The notes below the pieces were generated by a model that was not told where the DNA came from, did no database searches, and was given only the letters and a program-made list of their open reading frames with translations. Below, in pieces: positions 51,489 through 63,036 of a stretch of 64,000 bases of DNA (position 1 is its first letter; each line of letters begins with the position of its first letter). Origin of the DNA: Mobula hypostoma (Eukaryota); contig NC_086108.1 in assembly GCF_963921235.1 (NCBI RefSeq), forward strand, positions 45,572,001 to 45,636,000, read 5' to 3'. The position numbers and the translations under genes are program-made.

Positions 51489-54093
51489 CTGCAAAGTAAA
51501 CATAACCGTGTATGCGATATGGAAATATGATCCCAAAACTGCATAAGCATTCCCGCTTTACGCTGTTTACAATATCCAATGGTAAATTTCAAAGCCACAT
51601 TACGAAATAATAAAGAGGCAACAGAAAAATTAAAAACATAACCTCAAAAGTAACACAGGAAAATGTAATCAAAACACAAGCATCATAGAAGTGGACTGAG
51701 AACCAAAGAAGCAATTAATTCTGAAACATCCCATCAATCAATAGTCCCGCTGCAGAAACGACCATGCATACAGCACTTTATCTTCTACTCGCACACTTAA
51801 ACTGACATGCTTAGACAAACTGGATCTGGACAAACAATGTATTTACATTCAGCCCTTTCAAGTTGTTTCAAAATTAAATCTGAGTTATACCCAAATCATG
51901 ATTTTATTTTTCTTTTGATACTTCGATAGCAGTATCTCCGTGAGAATGTACGCTTGTTTTTAATCGATTCATTTGAAGTAAGAGTGTAAACATGCTTTCA
52001 GTGGAGATTAGAAGCGCACTGTGGACAAAAAAAATTAGGATTGCTTAACTTTTCATGGACCAAGACCGTAAACAGCTCGTTAACGCTTTCCCAGTAGTTA
52101 AATCTGAACAATTATCGATTGCTTTTGTGATGTGCGGAAACTTTTGTTTTAAAGTGGATTGTGATACATTCATTCTACAACGAGCAGGTTGAAATTAGCT
52201 TCAGGCAGTCAGTACCTCACGATAAAACTGCAACAGTTCCGCCCAGGAGATAATCTTAAATCGATGTGAGTACACATTCAAAACTCAAAAGTAGGTGCTA
52301 AAACGTGAACGTAGGAGGGGGCGTTCACGTGTGTAAATTCTCTTGGAAAGAGTGTAAAGTCCAAAGCCACCGTGACACACATCACACATCAAAGTTGCTG
52401 CTGAACGATTCCCAGGTGGGGTTTTTTTGCCATATTGTGACGCTCTCTTCATTACAGGTAAATTTTCACCCGCTGCTTCATAACAGAATCAGATTTGGTC
52501 CAACTTCGGAACTATTCTGTAACTTTTGCTGTGCATAAATAGAAAACGTTTTGTACTGGGCAGTGGCCACAAAGATGCAGTGATGTCGTTAATAGAATCT
52601 TTTAGTTTATAAAGTTTAGCTCTAGCTCTTACATTTGTGTAGAAATAAAATGTAAAAAAATTGTTAAAGTTCCACACACATGCAAAGCTGAAATTGCTAC
52701 CTTGATAACACGTGCGATGCCAGAAATGCACGGAGTTCGGCTTTACATCGCCCTCTACAGATGGATGCCTTTATAAAAGTTGATGTCTGACGTAAATGGC
52801 GCGCTAACTCCGGTAAATAATACTGTGTCTTTTACGTATAAGACCCTCCTCACCGAGAGCTACAGTGCACATTTCAACACAATGAATGTATGCATGTGGT
52901 AGAAACTGGAGATTTAAGCTGTGTTGTGCTGTTATTTTGGTTCGGAAGCCAGGAATGAATGAACCGGTTCTCGCTGTCCACTGCAAATCCGTTTTGCACA
53001 ATATGCATGTCGACTGATACGGCCTCTTACAGCACGTTCAACACCATCGCCACGGGAAGATCCTTGCCAAGCTTCTGTACTCTGAATTTCAAACGCATTG
53101 GTACGCTCACTCGCGTACTCAGAACAATTCAAACATATAAAATAATTCGAATCATAAAGTATAAAAAGTAACAAATAAAAATGCAAATAAGTGGAAACAT
53201 TTGTCTATAAGAATGTAATACCAATAGTCATATATCACGAGACTGGCATCTAAACAGACATGTTATGAAGAAATCATCACTTCCCACCATTTTATTCTCA
53301 TCTGTAAAATTAGTCTGTATAATAGATGTCAATATTAGATTGCCGCAAATTAATCGAAAGGCAGTTAGCAATATTTAGCTGTACAATTATAAATCCGGGA
53401 TCTTGGAGATCGATGAATGATTTTTGGAATTGGGGTTGACAGCAATGGAATAATCTAACTTTTGTCGTGGAACACTGATAAAGATCGTGTTCTGGAGCAA
53501 AGTAAAGCTGCTTCAGAGCTGTTGGTCCAATGTTTGGCGTGGCTATCGGTCTGTGGTGGAGTAAGATACGCTTTGGTCCGTTTTCCCCGTAGTTTAATAC
53601 ACATTCGCCTAAATAAATCTGAATAAACATATAAGAGGCAAGAAAATGCTCGGCCCTATAAGTCTTGTAAAGTTACTCTTAAATTCTGATATTTATTTCG
53701 TAAATATGATGTGTACATATTATTCGACTGTAACTTCATATCTTATTTTACATCCCTTATACAGAATTCCCTTTTTATTTTCACTTAAACAAATCATTAA
53801 ACAAAAATATAATGCTATGATTGTTCTTTATGGATCATGAACATTGTTTATCGTTAAGAAACTTCAGTAAAGGATTAAAACGAAAAATAGGATAATTTCC
53901 ATAGTATGATTAAGAATTAGTTAGAATTAACCAGAATTGGGTATTGATTATGCGAATAGGATATTTCCTTGCATTTTAGAAGTTATGTACATTTCACTCA
54001 TTAAGAGATGAGATTTAAGGAAAGAGAGAGGATTACAAGGTTGGACCGTTGCACGCCTGATCCTTTACTCTAAATAGCTACTGTATAATTTAC

Positions 54094-54199
54094 CTTCCAG
54101 GATGTTTTTTGCCAGCAGGCTGGGAGTACGAGGATAGCGCTGGTAAGATGATCTGCGGGCTGATGCTGTGGACTCCTTGCCACTCACGCCTTTCTTAAC
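54094..54199 (-). CDS. dmrt2b: DMRT2-group transcription factor, coding exon 2
   Basis: Read by hand: acceptor tcttggtctcaaaaag|GTT, then VKKGVSGKESTASARRSSYQRYPRTPSLLAKNILE-G, then donor GAAG|gtaaat. 106 nt. Resembles the DMRT2 KKG...PSLLAKSILEG segment, and the phases fit both neighbouring exons. Confidence 0.92.
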
Positions 54200-55351
54200 C
54201 TTTTTGAGACCAAGAATATTTAATTAATTCTTCGTACAAATAGTCTTATGAAATGCTAAGTATTCAAACAATTCAAATATCGGCGTTACAAAATCAGTAA
54301 GTCCTTATTCTCTATTTCAACTTTTCTGAAGCAGGGGTGCTAAAACTGACTTCCTATCAATTTGTTTAAAATCTTGTTGATCATATTTAGCCGTTTTGTT
54401 ACTAATTGTGCATCTCTTTAATCCTTCGTGATTCCATAAAACTTTTTTAAGTTATGCTGATCACTTCGAATTGCCGGTTGAATTTTCTGCAATAACTTGT
54501 GTGCGATTTTATCTGTTTTTAATCTAGCGAGTGGCCTTTGACATTGTTTCAGAAATGGGCATCGGCACTGCGTGTGAAGTGTCAATCTAAATAAAAGTCG
54601 ATATATTCGCTGAATGGCGTGAAACAAATGTGCTAGAGCTAACATTTTATATCGCTAAATTAAAGGACATCAATTTCAATTACTATCACCAGTGTACAAA
54701 ATATTGAATGACATTAGGCCTTTGATTTCATTTACAACTACAAAGACCAGTGAAAATCAAATTGTGCGTATGAACAAATTATTCTGTTGGTTTTCCCACG
54801 TTTACGAGGTGGTTAAAGATGCAGGTGTAATTCATAAACTCATCGCCTTACTATGAAGTTGGCTTCAAGAGAAAAATTCGTATAAATTATTAAGTTTTAT
54901 TTAAATCTGATCTCCTGCTTATTGCATTAAACACCCCCATGGTGACGTCGAAATACCTCATTTTTAGGGGAAAAGAATAACGTTGTTTTAGTGAATCAGC
55001 TATGTTGCATGACCTTACAACCAGAGTCGATGACATTAAACCAATTGCAAATTTTCTAGCATCGGCAGCAGATACATATCAATTTGACTTTTAAATAAAA
55101 TCGCTATGAATTTGCCGATATTGTGTTTAAGAGTAATATATAGTTTGTCTATATATTACTAGACGGGCTATTTTAAGATTTATCGAAAACTGGAATTCGC
55201 ATTTGAAATAAATTCCGCAATATGTAATTAATCATGGTTCAGAAAATTCAACGGAGGTATTTCATACAGTTGATAATTGAATTATCCTGGGCTTCCGAAC
55301 TAGAAGTTTTAGATGAGATAGTGCACACTGGCTTCTTTCGTGTCGTCTCAC

Positions 55352-55732
55352 CTCGATAGCCTGTTGCCTCCTCAGTGCCACCTGGGCTGCCATCACCCTC
55401 TGCCTCTCCACCACCAGAAGACAGTTGGTACATTGGCAATCTCTCCAGCGACAGAACCTTTTGTGACCTTTTAGACAGGAGACGACGCCGTGGTTTCGGC
55501 AGCGAGCGCACTTGGGGCTCCTAGCCAGCCTTCGCTGCTCGGGGGCCGGTTTCTTTGCCTTTTTGTCCCTCTGAAGTATCCTCTTTCCTTCTTCCTCCTC
55601 CCCTTCCTCTACATACCCCAGACTGTCGGCTTGAGAAAAGCAGTTCTCCAAACTTTCCACATCGATTTCTTCCTCGTACATCCCATCGGATTGTTCGCAC
55701 AGAGAATCCGCCTCTGAAGATTGAACAGACAT
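55352..55732 (-). CDS. dmrt2b: DMRT2-group transcription factor, coding exon 1 (DM domain)
   Basis: ATG at 55732. Acidic N-terminus followed by [61 protein letters not shown], a DMRT2-type DM zinc module. Donor GAG|GTGAGA at 55352/55351, phase 0, 381 nt. The 2b versus 2a assignment is inferred from divergence. Confidence 0.95.
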
Positions 55733-55939
55733 CTGGAGTCACAAACAGGGTATAGGACTGCAGATTGAGTACGGTAATCGAACGGGCGTTTTATGCTGTT
55801 TGCAGCTCTGTATTGTACTTGTCTCCGGACACCCGTTGGAGTTTAAGAGGCAGAGAAATCTGATTCGAACTGACAGTCTGGCGGTAAGGCGACACAACAC
55901 TGAAATACATCGAACGGTCACCCAGCCGTACACGTATAC

Positions 55940-56100
55940 CTGAAACTTCAGACTTATCTCTTACGTCTCTCCTTGTATGTAACCAATCTTCCCTACCTCA
56001 CTGAGTAACAGCGACACACGCAACGTCACCAAGAATTTTTCTATTGGCAATCTTAACCCACGCGGCGCTGGAATTAGTGTTGCACCTTAACGCAACCCAA
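55940..56100 (-). promoter_or_regulatory. Putative dmrt2b promoter / 5' UTR exon
   Basis: CpG-rich, repeat-free DNA just upstream of the ATG. CCAAT boxes at about 55983 (plus) and 56043 (minus), a CGTCA half-site near 56024, and a candidate donor CAG|GTATAC at 55940/55939. Confidence 0.45.
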
Positions 56101-57075
56101 TTTCTATCATATATTGGAAGCGGTGATGTTTTTCGAGAGAAATCTCCGGAGTGTGTCAAATTAAATAAATTTGCATATTGTTCAGTTATTTCCCTTTAAA
56201 ATCCTAGCTGAAATTCAGAAAGGGGGAAAAAAGACGCGTAAGCATTCCATGACATTCCCCATAGTACTGAATGAAATTAATTTCATATTTACGTAGTTTC
56301 CTAGACAGTCAGTAAGATGCACTTGTTAAATGAGGACTGTCATTGTGTGATTAATTAAACCATGGCGTGAGATTGCCGTCCAAAAGTTGCTTACCTCTCC
56401 TCATTCTACTCCTTGTGAAATCATTTTTAATTCTGCTAATCCCGAACATTTTAAAAACAAAACAAAACGTAGCGTGGTTTGCTGTAAATAAACCCCGTTT
56501 AAAAATAACGATAAGAATGTTTGAGTTGATAGGATTCCCGGGCATTCAGTTCTGCCTCACCAAATCCACTTTTCTTTCTATTAGTAAACTTACAAATGTC
56601 GGTGTCTCATTCGTGATCTTCAATTATTGTATTTCTTTTCAGGTTTACAAAAAAAACACGCTGCAGATTTTGCTATGTTTTATTTGTTTTGAAATAAACT
56701 ACGGAGAAGAAACCCCGTTGACTCAGTATCAATCTGTGCAAGAATTCATGTAATCGCTGATCTTCTCCAAAATACTTTCAATCTCAAACTATTCGCCTGG
56801 AGAATAAATATGCAAACACGGCAAAAACATATTAATCTAAGTTTATATACATGCAACCACATAAATGCGTGTAACACATAGACTGCTATACACAGATACT
56901 TAAATTCAGGCGCACACGCACTCAAAATAGTGGGATGTTCTACGGGAACACGGGCTAAAAGTTCGTAATAAACGTATTATCAACAGTCTCCTTTACTTGA
57001 TACACTTTTAAACGTATACGCACAAATATTCGGATGCTAACGCAGGCTCAGAAACACATAAATGATTCTGCATCC

Positions 57076-57310
57076 TGGCGCAGCTAGTAGAGCTGGAAGC
57101 CGGTAACCTGGGTTGCATTGATCCTAAATTCTGTCTCTGCCGAGTTTTCGCCGCCTGGTAATTTTATGGGGTTCCTCCCACATTTCAAAGACGTGCATGT
57201 TGGTACGTTGGTGGGAATGTGGAGAGAATAAAGTTGGAGGAGTGTAAATGGGCGCTTGTTATTTGGCAAGAACCGGTTGAGCTAAAGGGTGCGTTTCTGT
57301 GTTGTATGAC
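57076..57310 (+). mobile_element. Degenerate V-SINE-like element
   Basis: tRNA-like head ggcgcagctagtagagct; gggttcctcccacatttcaaagacgtgc core. Confidence 0.55.
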
Positions 57311-57431
57311 TTCATTTACATTTTTGTACGCTCGCGTATACAAAGCCGCACTCACACAGCCACATCGAAATTTCATTAAAAATTACACTGGTGTAAACAA
57401 GTTTAGTTTTACTATTGACAAGTACAACGCT

Positions 57432-57930
57432 TCAAAGTTCAAAAGTAAATTTATTATCAAAGTACATATATGTCACTATATACAACCGGAGATTCATTTT
57501 CCTGTGGGCATACTCAATAAATCCACAAAAGAATGATAACCATAACAGAATCAATTAAAGACCACATGAACTCAGGTATTCAACCACTGTGCAAAAGACA
57601 ACAAGCTATGCAGATACAAAAAGAAAGAAAGAACAATAATAAATAAATAAGCAGTAAATATTGAGAACATGAGATGAAGATCCTTGAAAGTGAATCTGAT
57701 TTCAGTGAAGGGGCAAGTGAAGTTTTCCCCTTTGATTCGAACCTGAGGGGTAATAACTGTTCCTGAACCTGGTGGTGTGAGCCCTGAGGCTCCTGTACCT
57801 TCTTCCCGACGGCAGCAGTGAGAGGAGAGCATGACCTGGGTGGTGGGGGACCCTAATGATGGATGTTGCTTTCTTGCAACGATGCTTTGTGTAGATGTGC
57901 TCAATGGTGGGGAGGGCTTTACCCGTGATG
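57432..57930 (-). mobile_element. Rex1/Babar-like 3' fragment
   Basis: Same 3' UTR as the 11.9 kb and 24.5 kb copies. Confidence 0.8.
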
Positions 57931-57954
57931 GGTAGTTATTACGGTGATAACAGG

Positions 57955-59190
57955 ATATTTAAAAAATTATAAGTCAAACAAAGTCAACATGGTTTTCTGA
58001 AAGGGAAATCATGTTTGACATGTTTGTTAGAGTTCTCTGAGAATGTAACAAAGAGTATAGATAGGGGAGGACCAATCTATGCAGCCTGTATTAAATTTCT
58101 AGAAGTCATTCACTGTAGCATCCCGTTGAAGTTACTATACAGATTAAGAGCTGGGGGCTTGATTCACTGACAGAAAACAGAGCAATAGGATAACTGGATG
58201 ATTTTAATACTGGCAAGCAGTAACTGGTGAGGGGTCATGTGATTAATGCTGGGTCTCATCTACTTACATTCTGCATTGATAACTTGGATGAAGGCAATCC
58301 TGGGATGAAGGATATCTGCAGCTAAAGATAGACAGATTGTGGTGTGCACTCACAAAGTTTGTCAAGGAAAACAGAAAAGTGAGCGGTTAAGGAGTTGTCT
58401 GATGCAGCGTACCGTGGGCAAATAGGAGGTTATCCACTTCGGATGGGAGAATGAAAAAGCAAATCATGATTTAAATGGAATGTGACTGCAAAATGTTGCC
58501 AGTATAAAACTCCTGGAGCACCAAGCACAAAGTGTTAGCATGATGGCGCAACAAGAAATCAGGAAGTCAAATGGAATGTTGGCCATTGTAAGAAGTATGG
58601 AGTAGGAAGTAGGGAGATTGTGATAATTGTTTTCAATGCACTGATGAGACCATGCCTGGAGCACTGATGTAAGATTGCTTTCTATGTTTAAGGATGAATA
58701 GACTTGCATTGGAGGCTATACAGACAAGATTAATGGGTTGATCCCTGAAATTAATGAATTGACATATTCAATATTGAATATTGAGAAATATTGAGCAAGT
58801 TTGGCCAATACATGTTGGAATAGAAGAGAATGAGAGATGATCTCATGAAACATGTAAGATTCTGAGTGGGATTAGTATTGTGAATGCTGAGGCGATGCTT
58901 CCTCTAGTAAAAAAAATATAGCACAGTCTCGGAATAAAGGATTGTCCGTTTAAAACTGAGATGAGTCATTTCTCTTGGGGTCCCAAATCTTTACAACTTC
59001 CTGCCTTGGAGAGCTGTGAAGGCAGAGGCATTGAACAGCAGAGATTGACAACCAACTGAAGGGCAAGGAAGTTAAAGCGAGTGGATGGAAAGTGGGCAAG
59101 TCACGCTGAGGTCAGGCTTGGATTAGTTATGATTTTACTGAATAGTGCATCAGGCTAGGGAGCTGATTGGCCTATTCCTGTTCTGGAATC
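57955..59190 (+). mobile_element. Old, heavily decayed CR1 RT
   Basis: SQHGFLKGKSCLTCLLEFSENVT motif near 57975-58030. Confidence 0.75.
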
Positions 59191-61059
59191 TTAGACTGTG
59201 CCAGGCTAGACTCTACATAGTACCCTCAAATCTGTACATTTATTTTTTCACATTTTTTGTATTTCTTTTGTTGAGTTTTGGTAGATTTGTATGTTTCACG
59301 TTTTGACAGGTGTTAAAACTTTTTTTTGTTCTGGGATTTTGTGGTTTCCACTTGTTCAGGTCTGTTTACCTGAACACGTTATAAGGCACGAGGTGCTACA
59401 ACCATGAACCAATCCTGGCTTTCTTGTCCTAAAGTCCTGCTTTCCAGACATGAATCAGGTGAGTGCTTGATCTCAGAGACAGAGGGTTTTGGGCTGTGGT
59501 ACTGTAGCTTAAAAATGCTAATTGCCCTTGTTACTTATCAGCAGTTGCTGCAGCAACTCAGATGAAAATAGGTGCATAGTTTAATGAGGAAATTCAAAGT
59601 TGTTGTCTGAGAAGTTTTGTCAAAAACAGTGTCTTGCTGTCTGGTTCACCATTGATAGGGACTGAATTTGTGAAGTTGGAGTATTTGTGTTGTAGCTATT
59701 AAACAAAATCATCACAAAAAATTACATCTTATACATTTCATCTTAAGTATCCTTTTGGTGAAGATAATTATTCATTCCTTCCAGCTAACTCTCCAATAGT
59801 TAAATTAACTATCATTGCACAAGTAAAATATGGACACATTTCAAATTTCAATGACATTCCAATGTGTTTTTACAGTAATGAGGTTTTTAAAGTGTAGTCA
59901 CTATTGCAAAGAGGAATAAAGTCAGCTAAAAATATGACAGCAGATGTGCATGGAGATAGAGCACAGAAATAGGCCCTTCAGCCCACCAAGTCCATGCTGG
60001 CCATCACTTACAGTAATCTCATATTCTGTTCTCCTCAACTGCTCCCACTTTCTACCATTTAGCCAGCATTATTGTGGCTACCTAACCTACCAACCTGCGC
60101 ATTATGGGTTGTAGGAGAAAACTGGAGCACCCTAAGAAAATCAATGTAGTCACAGTGTGAATATGCAAACTCCATGCACACGGTACACGAGGTCAGGATT
60201 AAACACAGGTTTAATCCCAAAATGTTTCTTTTCCTGGGGGGAAGGGGGTGGGCGCAGGAAGGTATATTATATATCTGGTTCCACTGACAAACTGAGTGCA
60301 GAATAGCCATACACCAAATGTGTGCTTTAATTCAACGGCGGTCAGGAGTAGAAGTGAATTCACCAGGTTACTTAGTGACAACATTGTCTACTCCGTTTCT
60401 GTAACTATATGCAGCCTGCCAGAAATGCAGCAGCCAATTTGCATCCAGTAACCTCCTGCAAACAACCACAGGACAATGATCAGATTATTCTTTTTCACCT
60501 CAGTGGAAATGCAGATCATAGAGAAACAACTACTCTTCTTTAAAATAGTGCCTTAGGGTACTCTACAGCTGAGAGAGCAGATGTCATAGCTGATGATAAT
60601 GCAATTCTCTCTCACTACTGCATATATGTAGATATAATCCTGATTTTAGACTCAGTTCTCCAGAGTGAATCTTGACTACAGACTTCCAATTAAGAAGCAA
60701 AAGCGATACCTTGGGGGCCAAACCAAAACCATTATAAAAGTGTCCATAGTTCAGATATTGATTATTCCAAAAACACCAAATTTAAAGAATAACCATTTTT
60801 CATTCACAAATATGAGAGAATCTGCAGATGCTGGAAATTCCTCTAGCATTTCTGTTGAGTTCCTCAGTATTTTGAGTGTGTTGCTTTCAACTACTCTTCA
60901 TTTGTCAATTTCTCTGGAATCTCTGTCTGATATTGAATATTTGCATATCTTTCTCACTCTGCTCTGATAAGTTTACTCATTGCAAAAGACCCAAGCAATG
61001 AATCCAATAGTGGAGAGTCTCATCACTTCTCCTCATCATTCCATGCTGCCAGCATCATC

Positions 61060-61830
61060 AACACAAAATACTCTGCAGATGCTGGGGTCAAAGCAACACT
61101 CACAACACGCTGGAGGAACTCGGCAGGTCGGGCAGCATCCGTGGAAATGATGAGTCGTCGTTTCAGGCCGGAACCCTTCGTCAGGACTGAAGAGGGAAGG
61201 GACAGAGGCCCTATAAAGAAGGTGGGAGGAGGGTGGGAAGGAGAAGGCTGGTAGGTTCCAGGTGAAAAACCAGTAAGGGGAAAGATAAAGGGGTGGGGGA
61301 GGGGAGGCAGGGAGGTGATAGGCAGGAAAGGTGAAGAAGGAATAGGGAAAACACAATGGATAGTAGAAGGAGGTGGAACCATGATGGAGGTGATAGGCAG
61401 CTGGGGGAGGGGGCAGAGTGAAATAGGGATGGGGAAGGGAGGGGGAGGGAATTACTGGAAGTTGGAGAATTCTATGTTCATACCAAGGGGCTGGAGACTG
61501 CCTAGATGGTATATGAGGTGTTGCTCCTCCAACCTGAGTTCAGCCTCATCATGACAGTAGAGGAGGCCATGTATGGACATATCTGAATGGGAATGGGAAG
61601 CAGAGTTGAAGTGGGTGGCTACCAGGAGATCCTGTCTATCGGGGCGGACAGAGTGGAGGTGCTCAACAAAGCAGCCCCCAATCTGCGTCGGGTTTCCCCG
61701 ATGTACAGGAGGCCGCACCAGGAGCACCGAATGCAATCTGTTGGGTCTGTTGTCCTGTTGTCCACAGAATGAGTCTGTTGGGGTCATCTATTGCATTCGG
61801 TGCTCCCTCCTCCACATTGGGGTCACCTGA
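61060..61830 (-). mobile_element. Penelope-like element 3' end with an inverted piece at the truncation
   Basis: FVEHLHSVRPDRQDLLVATHFNS..LEEQHLIYHLGSLQPLGMNIEFSNF. Confidence 0.88.
61152..61189 (-). ncRNA. Minimal type I hammerhead ribozyme motif, best-preserved copy (cleavage-site U mutated)
   Basis: Minus strand: CAGTC-CTGACGA-AGGGTTCCGGCCT-GAAA-CG-AC-GACTC, i.e. stem I, CUGANGA, stem II, GAAA, minimal stem III, stem I'. Confidence 0.65.
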
Positions 61831-61847
61831 CGCAGGGTGGGGGGCGG

Positions 61848-61850
<3 letters not shown>

Positions 61851-61931
<81 letters not shown>
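61851..61931. repeat. (GA)n(GATA)n microsatellite
   Basis: Direct reading. Confidence 0.95.
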
Positions 61932-61932
<1 letters not shown>

Positions 61933-62014
61933 TAGTGTGCCAGCAGCACTTCTGCATCCCAGCTGCACAGTTGCGAGGGTCCTGAATTCTACAGTGAAAT
62001 CCAGCACCAAGTCC

Positions 62015-62565
62015 AGCAGCTCTATAAAACTCTGGTTAGGCCACACTTGGAGTACTGTGTCCAGTTCTGGTCACCTCACTATACGAAGGATGTGGAAGCA
62101 TTGGAAAGGGTACAGAGGAGATTTACCAGGATGCTGCCTGGTTTAGAGAGTATGCACTATGATCAGAGATTAAGGGAGCTAGGACTTTACTCTTTGGAGA
62201 GAAGAGGATGAGAGGAGACATGATAGAGGTGTACAAGATAATAAGAGGAATAGATAGAGTGGATAGCCAGCGCCTCTTCCCCAGGGCACCACTGCTCAAT
62301 ACAAGAGGACATGGCTTTAAGGTAAGGGGTGGGAAGTTCAAGGGGGATATTAGAGGAAGGTTTTTCACTCAGAGAGTGGTTGGTGTGTGGAATGCACTGC
62401 CTGAGTCAGATGGTGGAGGCAGATACACTAGTGAAGTTTAAGAGACTACTAGACAGGTATATGGAGGAATTTAAGGTGGGGGTTATATGGGAGGCAGGGT
62501 ATGAGGGTTGGCACAACATTGTGGGCCAAAGGGTCTGTACTGTGCTGTACTATTCTGTGTTCTAC
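62015..62565 (+). mobile_element. Well-preserved CR1 3' end
   Basis: RGDMIEVYKIIRGIDRVDSQRLFPR..TRGHGFKVRG..FFTQRVVGVWNALP. Confidence 0.9.
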
Positions 62566-63036
62566 AAACGTATGTTCTATATGTTAAGTCTAGGGCTTGA
62601 CACAGGCAAAGTATCCAGTTTGGTGCCTCTCTTCCACTTCCTGGCTGGTCAAAACCCTGATGCATCTTCATATTTATTGCAAATAGTGGGTTTATTGTCC
62701 CAGCTAGCAGCAGCCCAGATCAGAAATCACCTACTCAAGAGAGAGATAAACTTGGCCTAGTCCACTGAATACAGAGATGGCTGGAACTCAGAGTGCAAGA
62801 CACATTGGGTCAGGAAGTTGTGACATCAGGTTGAGGATCCATCTAAATAGTCAGGCATCGGAATCCTGGGTTCTGAGGGAGGAGGTTTATTGGTGAAAGG
62901 TTGCTATGACGAGACAGAGAGTTGGCTGAGAGCAGTCAGCAGGTTTCTTGCTCTTTCTGGATCACATAGTTATGTTGGAGGCCGACTTCCCTGAGGGGAG
63001 CAAACTCTGCTAGGTCAATCACTGGTTCACCCATCC

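Noticed and set aside
51489..51579. N-terminal part of the 324-aa ORF
   Set aside because: Intronic; homology begins at the acceptor at 51488.
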